Positions 6,192 through 13,384 of a DNA stretch of 13,384 bases are shown here, piece by piece. Below the pieces are notes generated by a model. That model was given only the letters and a program-made list of their open reading frames with translations. It made no database searches and was not told the DNA's origin. Each line of letters starts with the position of its first letter. Position 1 is the first letter of the stretch. A program made the translations under genes and the position numbers. The stretch is from Candidatus Omnitrophota bacterium. GTDB taxonomy: Bacteria; Omnitrophota; Omnitrophia; Omnitrophales; Aquincolibacteriaceae. Location: the NCBI GenBank assembly GCA_043803685.1, contig JAZDJU010000090.1, positions 1-13,384 on the forward strand, written 5' to 3'.

Positions 6192-6229
6192 TTACGAAAC
6201 CGTTGCTCTACCAACTGAGCTACACCAGC
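6192..6229 (-). pseudogene. 5' half of tRNA-Thr(CGT), broken after the anticodon loop
   Basis: GCTGGTG TA GCTC AGTTGGTA GAGC A ACGGT TTCGTAA corresponds to canonical tRNA positions 1-38. The following TCCGGCTGGACCA has no T-arm and no CACCAGC acceptor 3' strand. Confidence 0.85.
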
Positions 6230-6260
6230 ACATTTCTCTTGGATACTTTTGCGGGCGGGA

Positions 6261-6269
6261 ATTATACCA
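6261..6269 (-). promoter_or_regulatory. Extended -10 promoter of the tRNA-Thr locus
   Basis: Minus strand TGGTATAAT followed by a GC-rich discriminator (TCCCGCCCGC), ~30 nt before tRNA position 1. Confidence 0.65.
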
Positions 6270-6291
6270 GAAGAGTCAAAAAAACAGAAAC

Positions 6292-6822
6292 TCAGACTTT
6301 TGAAAGATAAAAATAGCCGATCAGGGTCTTTCCGTCGACGATCTCACTCTGGCGGATCTTGCTTCCAATCTCGGAGAGGCTGAACGTTCCCAGCTCGAAA
6401 TCCTCATCCTCGTCCTTTTGCGCCACCGCGGGGCTCAGTCCGGTGGCCAAAAAAACATGCATTTTCTCCCCGGAGACACCAGGCGTTGGATAGAACTCTA
6501 AAAGTTTTTTGAGCTTCCCGGGTTTCATCCCGATCTCTTCCATCAGTTCACGCCGCGCAGCCTGAGGAAATCCCTCGCCAGGTTCTCTCCCCCCCGCCGG
6601 AAATTCCCAAAGATATTTTTCAAGGGGAAAGCGGTATTGCTTCACGAGGATATATTTCCCCGATGCCGTCCTCGGAATAATGACCACGCAACCCGGATGC
6701 TCCAAAACTTGCCGCGAAAGCACTTTCCCCTGCGGCGTCCTGACTTTGCAATCAACAAGCCGGATTGGCCCCTTGGCGAAGATCAGTTTCTTTTCAAAAA
6801 CACGATATTTTTTCTTTGTCAT
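6292..6822 (-). CDS. Nudix hydrolase, ADP-ribose pyrophosphatase (NudF-like)
   Basis: Nudix box GGREPGEGFPQAARRELMEEIG plus QYRFP, FYPTPG and IVDGKT. ATG 6822 is preferred because the track's extension to 6855 runs through a terminator. Confidence 0.9.
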   Translation of the reverse strand: MTKKKYRVFEKKLIFAKGPIRLVDCKVRTPQGKVLSRQVLEHPGCVVIIPRTASGKYILVKQYRFPLEKYLWEFPAGGREPGEGFPQAARRELMEEIGMKPGKLKKLLEFYPTPGVSGEKMHVFLATGLSPAVAQKDEDEDFELGTFSLSEIGSKIRQSEIVDGKTLIGYFYLSKV

Positions 6823-6824
6823 AG

Positions 6825-6852
6825 AAAAAAAGCCCGCCTCTGCGGCGAGCCT
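6825..6852 (-). terminator. Rho-independent terminator after tRNA-Gly
   Basis: Minus strand AGGCTCGCC-GCAGA-GGCGGGCTT followed by a T-run. Confidence 0.8.
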
Positions 6853-6869
6853 CACTTATTTCAAAAAAA

Positions 6870-6943
6870 TGGAGCGGGATACGGGAATCGAACCCGTCTC
6901 AACAGCTTGGGAAGCTGCCACATTACCACTATGCTAATCCCGC
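6870..6943 (-). tRNA. tRNA-Gly (anticodon CCC), 74 nt, CCA encoded
   Basis: GCGGGATTAGCATAGTGGTAATGTGGCAGCTTCCCAAGCTGTTGAGACGGGTTCGATTCCCGTATCCCGCTCCA folds as a full cloverleaf with a U73 discriminator. Confidence 0.97.
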
Positions 6944-6962
6944 GCGATCTGTTTCGAATGCT

Positions 6963-7877
6963 CTAAATTTTACAGATTTTTTTTAAAACTTCCAGGCGTT
7001 TGTCAAAATGCTCGCGCTTCACTTCACGGAGACGCTCAAGCCCGAATTTTTCGACCGTGAACGATGCCACGATCGTTCCGTAGGCTATCGCAGTTTTCAT
7101 GGTCTTGAGATTCACCGTCCGCGCCGCGGCGAGATACCCCATCACGCCCCCCGCGAAGCTATCCCCTGCCCCGGTGGGATCATAGACGCTTTCAAGAGGA
7201 TACGCCGGGTAAATAAAAACACCTTCATGGCTATAAAGCAACGCCCCGTGCTCTCCTTTTTTGATAATCACGTATTCCGGCCCCATATTGTGGATCATCT
7301 GTGCGGCCTTGATCAGATTGACCTCACCGGTGAGCTGACGCGCTTCGCCGTCGTTCATGAAGACCGCGTGAACACGCCTGAGAACTTTTTCCACTGACGC
7401 GCGCTTGCTCTGGATCCAGAAATTCATCGTGTCACAGGCCACGAATTTAAGCGAAGATCCGTGCACCTGATCGAGTACGCTCAGTTGGAGATCGGGATCA
7501 ACGTTCGCCAGAAAAACATACTGCGGCGTGGCGGCATACTTGAGCTGTGGTTTAAAATCCAGAAGAACATTGAGGTCGGTCTGAAGGGTGATGGCGGAAT
7601 TCATATCCGCCTCGTACTTGCCCTTCCAATGAAAGGTCTTCCCAGGGAGCGTCGCCAAATGGCTTAGATCGACGTTTTTCTCCTCAAGAACCTTGCGATA
7701 TTCCTCCGGAAAATCCTTCCCCACCACCGCCACAACACCCACCTGGGTGAAGAAACTAGCGGCATACGAAAAATAAGATGCCGACCCGCCGAAAACCGTC
7801 TGCTGGGCGCCAAAAGGGGTCGAAAGTTCATCAATGGCAACCGTACCAATCACGATCAAATTAGGAGTTTTTGACAT
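6963..7877 (-). CDS. PfkB/ribokinase-family carbohydrate or nucleoside kinase
   Basis: FGGSASY, MNDGEA, IKKGEHGA and DPTGAGDSFAGG signatures. Confidence 0.93.
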   Translation of the reverse strand: MSKTPNLIVIGTVAIDELSTPFGAQQTVFGGSASYFSYAASFFTQVGVVAVVGKDFPEEYRKVLEEKNVDLSHLATLPGKTFHWKGKYEADMNSAITLQTDLNVLLDFKPQLKYAATPQYVFLANVDPDLQLSVLDQVHGSSLKFVACDTMNFWIQSKRASVEKVLRRVHAVFMNDGEARQLTGEVNLIKAAQMIHNMGPEYVIIKKGEHGALLYSHEGVFIYPAYPLESVYDPTGAGDSFAGGVMGYLAAARTVNLKTMKTAIAYGTIVASFTVEKFGLERLREVKREHFDKRLEVLKKICKI

Positions 7878-7890
7878 TTCAGATTCCTTC

Positions 7891-8565
7891 CTATAGCCGT
7901 CTACAGTTCAATGAAATAGACCCACAGCGTAACTGATATTGAAGTTCCCTCGCCGCACGTTCCGGATCCTTCGCGGCGAAGATCGCACGAACCAACGCAA
8001 CCCTTGACGCTCCCGCTGCGACCACATCCCGGATGGTCCCAAGATCGATCCCGCCGATCGCAACCCACGGGATCCGAACCGTCGCGGCAGCCTGTTTCAC
8101 GAACCGTAATCCAACAGACCTTGCGTTCGGTTTCGTGGGCGTCGCGAACACCGGACCGACGCCGATATAATCTGCCCCCTCTTTCACCGCTGCCAAAGCC
8201 TGCTTCAAGGTATGCGTCGATTTGCCGACCCAAATCCTTCGCCCGAGCCGCTTTGCTAGCTTCCGCGCCTGGCGAACTGGCACATCCTCTTGTCCCAGAT
8301 GTACACCGTCAGCACCAGTCAACAAAGCGATATCGACACGATCATTAATAAAAAAAAGTTTTCGCGACTTTTCAGCGATCTTCTTGATCTTGAGCCCGAG
8401 CCGAACAAGCGCCGCACCCGGCAACACTTTGGAGCGAAGTTGAACGATATCAGTTCCACCCCGGAAGGCAGCTTCGATCTTTCGAAGCGTGTCGGAAGAT
8501 TCCTCTTTGAGATCGGTCACCGCATAAAGACGAAACCCCTCAAAAACTCTTTTCTTCCAATCCAT
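7891..8565 (-). CDS. thiE: Thiamine-phosphate synthase
   Basis: LYAVTD, VQLRSK, FINDRVD, GVHLGQED, GKSTH, GPVFATPTK and VAIGGI motifs. Confidence 0.95.
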   Translation of the reverse strand: MDWKKRVFEGFRLYAVTDLKEESSDTLRKIEAAFRGGTDIVQLRSKVLPGAALVRLGLKIKKIAEKSRKLFFINDRVDIALLTGADGVHLGQEDVPVRQARKLAKRLGRRIWVGKSTHTLKQALAAVKEGADYIGVGPVFATPTKPNARSVGLRFVKQAAATVRIPWVAIGGIDLGTIRDVVAAGASRVALVRAIFAAKDPERAARELQYQLRCGSISLNCRRL

Positions 8566-8569
8566 CAGC

Positions 8570-9043
8570 TCATGCCAGCTTCAGGGCTTTGATAACGCGC
8601 GTCGAAGACCGCCCTTTGACAAGCGGGATGCGTTTAACTTTTCCGCCCCAGGAAAGCACTTCCCGGGCTCCCACAATATCCTTGATCGCCCAGTCCGCGC
8701 CCTTCACAAGCACGTCCGGCTTGACCTTCTGGATCAATTTGAGCGGAGTCGGATCGTTAAAAAGAATGGCATAGTCGACACACGAAAGCGCCGTAAGAAC
8801 CTTAATGCGATCCTGTTCGGGATTCACCGGACGGCTGGGATCTTTATAGGTCTTCACCGAACGGTCTGTATTCACGCCGACGATCAGCACATCGGCGGAG
8901 GCCCGGGCCTTTTGAAGATAAGTCACATGCCCAAGATGCAAGATGTCAAAGGTGCCGTTCGTAAAGGCGATGCGTTTGCCCTGAGACCTCAGGCGACGAA
9001 ACACCCCGGACAACTTTTTTTCGGTCAGAATCTTGGGAACCAT
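8570..9043 (-). CDS. rfaE2: D-glycero-beta-D-manno-heptose 1-phosphate adenylyltransferase (RfaE domain II, HldC)
   Basis: FTNGTFDILHLGH, VGVNTDRSV, PDVLVKGADW and GRSST motifs. ATG 9043 has GAGGT upstream; the alternative start is GTG 9070. Confidence 0.93.
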   Translation of the reverse strand: MVPKILTEKKLSGVFRRLRSQGKRIAFTNGTFDILHLGHVTYLQKARASADVLIVGVNTDRSVKTYKDPSRPVNPEQDRIKVLTALSCVDYAILFNDPTPLKLIQKVKPDVLVKGADWAIKDIVGAREVLSWGGKVKRIPLVKGRSSTRVIKALKLA

Positions 9044-9139
9044 GATCAAAAAAGGACCTCGGATTATCACCGTTCTTCGTTCATTTTTACGGGTAAACGG
9101 TACAATACCTCATACCTATGTTTTTTATGGCACGCGGTT

Positions 9140-9712
9140 TTAGCCGAAAAGGATCGTTTCTACGACCTCGCAGATCGCGTGAAGCGCTGTCATATGCGCT
9201 TCCTGGATATACGTGGTCTTATGCGCTTTGGCAATAAAGCAGATATCCACAGCGTCTTTTAAAATCCCCCCGTCCTTGCCCGTAAAACCAAGCGTGAGGA
9301 TCCCCTGCTGCTTGGCCTGCGTGATCGCATCAAGAATGTTCGGCGAACGACCGCTCGTGGAGAGCACGACAAGAATATCGCCCTTTTTCCCAAGGCCTTC
9401 GATCTGGCGGGAAAAAACCTTCTCGAAGCCAAAATCATTGCCAATCGCCGTGAGCGCCGCGATATCGGCCGTAAGCGCGATGGCGGGCAAGCTCATGCGG
9501 TTTTTTTCGAAACGTCCGACGAACTCCGCGGCAATATGCTGCGAATCGGAAGCCGATCCGCCGTTCCCGCACAAAAGCACTTTATTCCCGGCCTTGAGCG
9601 CATGAATGATGGCGTGGGCCATCTTATCCAGCACTTCATACTGAGCCGGACCGAACGTTTTTTGAAAAGTATCCTGATGCCCTTGAACGATCGTTTCGAA
9701 GGAGGTCTTCAT
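9140..9712 (-). CDS. gmhA: Phosphoheptose (sedoheptulose-7-phosphate) isomerase
   Basis: CGNGGSASDSQHIAAEFVGRF, TAIGNDFG, STSGRS and IQEAH motifs. Confidence 0.95.
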   Translation of the reverse strand: MKTSFETIVQGHQDTFQKTFGPAQYEVLDKMAHAIIHALKAGNKVLLCGNGGSASDSQHIAAEFVGRFEKNRMSLPAIALTADIAALTAIGNDFGFEKVFSRQIEGLGKKGDILVVLSTSGRSPNILDAITQAKQQGILTLGFTGKDGGILKDAVDICFIAKAHKTTYIQEAHMTALHAICEVVETILFG

Positions 9713-9716
9713 GGGC

Positions 9717-10745
9717 TTAACCGAAAAAGATCTTGGCCAGCTCGTACATATCCGCAGGCACTGTTTTCAGTTCACCCACCGCTTCCTGAAGCGGCACAGC
9801 CACGATATCGCGACCGCAGAGACTCACCATGTGACCGAACTTGCCTTCTTTGACAAGCTGGACGGCTTTCACGCCGAACCGGGTCCCGAGGATCCTGTCA
9901 AAGGCCGTCGGCGTACCGCCGCGTTGAATATGCCCGAGTACGGTCGAACGAGTCTCATAGCCCGTTTTCTTTTCGATGAGTTTCGCAAGACGGTCCCCGA
10001 CTCCGCCGAGCAAAACGTGACCGAACGCATCGAGCTCTTTTTTCGTCGTGATAAGCTCTTCGCCTTTGATCGCGAACCCTTCAGAAACGGCGACCACGCT
10101 GAAATTCTTGCCGCGCGCGCGCTGTTTCGTGATGTACCCACAGATATCATCTACCGTTAGAGAGACTTCCGGAATAAGCACGACGTCCGCGCTCCCGGCG
10201 ATCCCGGACTCGAGCGCGATCCAACCAGCATGCCGTCCCATGATCTCGACCACCATGACGCGATCATGAGATTCTGCCGTCGTACGGATACGATCGAGAC
10301 ATTCGGTCGCGATGTTCAAAGCCGTATCGTATCCGAACGTATAATCGGTCGCACTCAGGTCGTTATCGATCGTTTTGGGAACTCCAATGATCGGCATCCC
10401 GTCCTTGGAAAGCTTATTGCCAGCGCCGAGCGTATCCTCTCCGCCAATCGCGATCACGGCATCCAACTGATTGGCCTTAATCGTTTGACGCACTTTTTCC
10501 GCATCCCCTTCTTTTTTATAGGGATTCGTGCGGGAGGTCCCGAGGATCGTTCCGCCGCGAGGGAGTATCTCCGCAACCGCCTTTTCGTCCAATTCCATAA
10601 AGTTATTCTCAATAATACCTCTCCAGCCCTGCTTGAACCCGATCACGTGCCAACCCTCGGCCTTTGCCGTCCGCACAACTCCGCGGATCACCGCGTTAAG
10701 TCCTGGACAATCACCGCCCCCTGTAAGCATTCCAATACGTTTCAT
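9717..10745 (-). CDS. pfkA: 6-phosphofructokinase, PfkA family (mixed-substrate group III-like)
   Basis: TGGGDCPGLN, GGTILGTSR, GGEDT, PKTIDND, EIMGRHAG and LGHIQRGG motifs. Confidence 0.95.
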   Translation of the reverse strand: MKRIGMLTGGGDCPGLNAVIRGVVRTAKAEGWHVIGFKQGWRGIIENNFMELDEKAVAEILPRGGTILGTSRTNPYKKEGDAEKVRQTIKANQLDAVIAIGGEDTLGAGNKLSKDGMPIIGVPKTIDNDLSATDYTFGYDTALNIATECLDRIRTTAESHDRVMVVEIMGRHAGWIALESGIAGSADVVLIPEVSLTVDDICGYITKQRARGKNFSVVAVSEGFAIKGEELITTKKELDAFGHVLLGGVGDRLAKLIEKKTGYETRSTVLGHIQRGGTPTAFDRILGTRFGVKAVQLVKEGKFGHMVSLCGRDIVAVPLQEAVGELKTVPADMYELAKIFFG

Positions 10746-10814
10746 GTGTTAACTCCTTTAATGTTAGATTGACGCTTTCAGCCGCCAGGCCAAAGCCAGA
10801 ATTAAAAGTCTAAC

Positions 10815-11372
10815 CTATTTGCGCAATTCCCCGGAATCCGTTCCGGCATCATCGATTCCCTTCACATCACAAACGACACTCAACAAATTTTCAGGCCCAA
10901 GCAACCGCTTCACCCGCTGCTGAACTTCCTGCTGCAGTTCCGACAGAATCGCCGGCACATGCCCCCCTGACCAAAGCACCAACCGAAGCCGGATCTCGAC
11001 ATTTTTCCCTGTGATCAACACCTTCGCCTTCGCGCTTTTGACGAATGGAAAATGTTTGATCGCCTTGACTGCCGAATTTCCAAGTGTGCCGACCGAAACA
11101 ACCATCGGGCCGATCTCACTATGAAAGAAAACGGCCTCGTTGGGACGCCCCGCTTTGACAAGCATCTTCGCGAACGCCAACCCGAGCACGATAAGCACCA
11201 ACCCTACCAACCCGACCTGGGCAGAACGCCAAGGGCTTTGATAGATCTCCTGGACTTTCAGGATCGCATCATCGAATGCCAGAAGATGGAGGGAGACAAT
11301 GATCATCAAACTTCCCAGAGTCAAGAGCGCGAGTATCGCGAAGATCTGGGCAAAAGCGTGGGAGACCTTCAT
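10815..11372 (-). CDS. AmaP-like (alkaline shock response membrane anchor / Asp23-fold) membrane protein
   Basis: Two N-terminal TM helices, then a soluble domain with [20 protein letters not shown] and a terminal beta strand. ATGA overlap with accC; the position after accBC fits the known neighbourhood. Confidence 0.7.
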   Translation of the reverse strand: MKVSHAFAQIFAILALLTLGSLMIIVSLHLLAFDDAILKVQEIYQSPWRSAQVGLVGLVLIVLGLAFAKMLVKAGRPNEAVFFHSEIGPMVVSVGTLGNSAVKAIKHFPFVKSAKAKVLITGKNVEIRLRLVLWSGGHVPAILSELQQEVQQRVKRLLGPENLLSVVCDVKGIDDAGTDSGELRK

Positions 11373-12754
11373 CTCTTGTCTTTGCTGGATTCCGTTTCGT
11401 CCGCCTTCCCCGAGCCAAAGAGCGTTGTTTCAATGAATTTCGTGTTCACGGAACCTTGACGGAACCGCGGGTGGCTCAGGATCCGGATCTGGAGAGGAAC
11501 GGTCGTTTTGATCGGCTTCACCTCGATCTCCCGAAGCGCCCGGAGCATGACCGTGATCGCATCCTGACGCGTCTTGCCGTAAGCGATCAGCTTCGCGATC
11601 ATGGAATCGTAAAAAGGAGGGATCGAATATCCCGTATAAACATGGCTATCGAGACGCACACCCGGACCGCCCGGCATACGCCAGACATCGATCTTTCCGG
11701 GAGACGGCATAAAATTATTGTCCGGATCCTCAGCATTAATGCGGCACTCGATCGCGTGTCCCGTGAACTCCACCTGTTCCTGCGAAAAACTGATCTTCTC
11801 CCCCGCCGCGACACGCAATTGCTCTTTCACAAGATCAAGCCCCGTCACCATCTCTGTCACTGGATGCTCGACCTGAAGTCGGGTATTCATCTCCATGAAA
11901 TAGAAATCATCGTTCTTATCGAGCAAAAACTCGATCGTTCCGGCGTTCTCATACTTAAACGCCTTGGCCGCCCGAATAGCCGTTTCGCCGATCTTCTTCC
12001 GGAGCTTTGCCGAAAGTCCCGGCGCGGGAGATTCTTCAATGAGTTTCTGGTGACGACGCTGGACCGAACAATCGCGTTCGCCAAGATGCACCACCGTGCC
12101 GAAACTGTCCGCGATGATCTGCACTTCAATGTGGCGCGGTTCCTCGATGTATTTTTCAATATAGACTTCCCCGTTACCAAAGGCGGCTTCCGCCTCGGTC
12201 TGGGCCGTTAGGAAAGCACTAATAAGTTTTCCGTCATTATGCGCGATCTTGATGCCTTTGCCGCCGCCGCCCGCGGATGCTTTGACGATGACGGGATAGC
12301 CGAGTTTTTTCGCGAGGTGCAGGGCCTCTTCCTGGTTCTTGACCGTGCCCTTGCTCCCGGGAATGATCGGGATCCCGGCCTTTTTCATTTCAAGCCTTGC
12401 TACCGACTTGTCACCCGCCATCCGGATACTTTCCGGCCGGGGCCCAATGAACTTGATCTGACAGGACTCGCAGATCTCCGCAAAGTGCGCATTCTCGGCC
12501 AGAAATCCGTATCCGGGGTGAATAGCCTCGACGTCCGCGATCTCGGCCGCCGAAATCAGGGCGGGAATATTGAGATAACTTTCAGAACTCGGGGCCTCGC
12601 CAATGCAAATGGCTTCATCGGCCAATTTGACATGCAGAGATTCCCGGTCCGCTTTGGAAAAAACGGCCACGGTTTGAATGCCCATTTCACGACAGGCGCG
12701 GATAATGCGCACTGCGATCTCACCACGATTTGCGATCAGGATCTTTGAGAACAT
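11369..12754 (-). CDS. accC: Acetyl-CoA carboxylase, biotin carboxylase subunit
   Basis: [53 protein letters not shown] and YDSMIAK motifs. Confidence 0.98.
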   Translation of the reverse strand: MFSKILIANRGEIAVRIIRACREMGIQTVAVFSKADRESLHVKLADEAICIGEAPSSESYLNIPALISAAEIADVEAIHPGYGFLAENAHFAEICESCQIKFIGPRPESIRMAGDKSVARLEMKKAGIPIIPGSKGTVKNQEEALHLAKKLGYPVIVKASAGGGGKGIKIAHNDGKLISAFLTAQTEAEAAFGNGEVYIEKYIEEPRHIEVQIIADSFGTVVHLGERDCSVQRRHQKLIEESPAPGLSAKLRKKIGETAIRAAKAFKYENAGTIEFLLDKNDDFYFMEMNTRLQVEHPVTEMVTGLDLVKEQLRVAAGEKISFSQEQVEFTGHAIECRINAEDPDNNFMPSPGKIDVWRMPGGPGVRLDSHVYTGYSIPPFYDSMIAKLIAYGKTRQDAITVMLRALREIEVKPIKTTVPLQIRILSHPRFRQGSVNTKFIETTLFGSGKADETESSKDKR

Positions 12755-12799
12755 GATTATTCCCCGTTTGAAGGATAAGGGTTGGAGAAAGTTTCGGGA

Positions 12800-13261
12800 T
12801 CAGACCTTTTTGATCTTGAGGATCGGCTGATCATACTCCACGGTCTGTCCGTTCTGCACCAGGATCTCGACCACCGTTCCGCCAATTTCCGACTTGATCT
12901 CGTTCATGAGTTTCATGGCTTCAATGATGCAAAGCACATCACCGTCCTTGACCACCTTCCCGACGCTCACGTAAGCAGGCTGGTCAGGGGCCGGAGCCGC
13001 GTAAAAGGTTCCGACCATCGGCGAACGCACGATCGTTACGCCTTCTTCCTCAGCCGCCGGAGCTGCAACAGCCGGAGCATGAGCATGGATCTGGGCCACA
13101 GCCGGTATCTGCGCCATCATCTGCGGCGCGCTCTGCATCACGATCCCGCCACTAGCCATTTTCCGGAGCTTGATCTTCGCGTTATCTTTCTCGATTTCGA
13201 TCTCACCGACGCCATGTTCAGCCATCAATTCCAAAAGTTCCTTGATTTCCTTAATATTCAT
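12800..13261 (-). CDS. accB: Acetyl-CoA carboxylase biotin carboxyl carrier protein
   Basis: SPMVGTFY and EAMKLMNEI biotinylation motif, with an Ala/Pro-rich linker. Confidence 0.98.
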   Translation of the reverse strand: MNIKEIKELLELMAEHGVGEIEIEKDNAKIKLRKMASGGIVMQSAPQMMAQIPAVAQIHAHAPAVAAPAAEEEGVTIVRSPMVGTFYAAPAPDQPAYVSVGKVVKDGDVLCIIEAMKLMNEIKSEIGGTVVEILVQNGQTVEYDQPILKIKKV

Positions 13262-13384
13262 TTTCTTTTCCTCGCAACAAGTGCTTTGTTCACGGTTTTT
13301 TTGGGTGGCAAGGCAATCTGTGGCAACCGTACCTCCTGGGTGATTTCATGCGCAAACCCGACAAGCTGGGCTACGCGGCCTGGC
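13258..13384 (-). CDS. C-terminal end of an unidentified upstream gene
   Basis: One frame is open from the window edge for 41 codons (PGRVAQLVGFAHEITQEVRLPQIALPPKKTVNKALVARKRK*). Its TGA overlaps the accB ATG (ATGA). Confidence 0.6.
   Translation of the reverse strand, partial: PGRVAQLVGFAHEITQEVRLPQIALPPKKTVNKALVARKRK

Noticed and set aside
6637..6966. Plus-strand ORFs 6637..6966 and 6680..6937
   Set aside because: They are antisense to the Nudix gene and tRNA-Gly (MERDTGIEPV is the usual tRNA antisense artefact).
6963..7877. PfkB kinase as the heptose-7-phosphate kinase RfaE1/HldA
   Set aside because: It lacks the GDxMLDxY N-terminal and DVxGAGDT patterns of RfaE1 and looks like a generic PfkB kinase.
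9213..12748. Long antisense or alternate-frame ORFs over gmhA, pfkA, the AmaP-like gene and accC (e.g. 11456..12211)
   Set aside because: Expected shadows of conserved GC-rich genes, with no independent evidence.

Overview
This is a bacterial chromosome segment, read mostly on the minus strand. The gene set (stand-alone SWIB, secreted CBM11-like protein, AmaP-like protein after accC) suggests a PVC/Omnitrophota-like organism; that is inference only. The right half (~6290-13384) is a housekeeping run: partial ORF, accB, accC, AmaP-like protein, pfkA, gmhA, rfaE2, thiE, PfkB kinase, tRNA-Gly(CCC) and a Nudix hydrolase. The middle (~2890-6230) is an accessory island with no integrase gene. It begins at a tRNA-Thr(CGT) broken exactly after its anticodon loop. 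It carries an AbiEi-like/nucleotidyltransferase two-gene module (candidate type IV TA or phage defence) and a dead IS4 fragment. It also contains two homologous att-like modules ending in copies of the tRNA-Gly 3' end, and two different sets of integrase arm-like repeats. The left part has an NYN/YacP nuclease, a secreted carbohydrate-binding-domain protein, a stand-alone SWIB protein, and a PLD-family nuclease gene truncated by an IS whose transposase runs off the left edge. All family calls come from motif recognition, not database searches.
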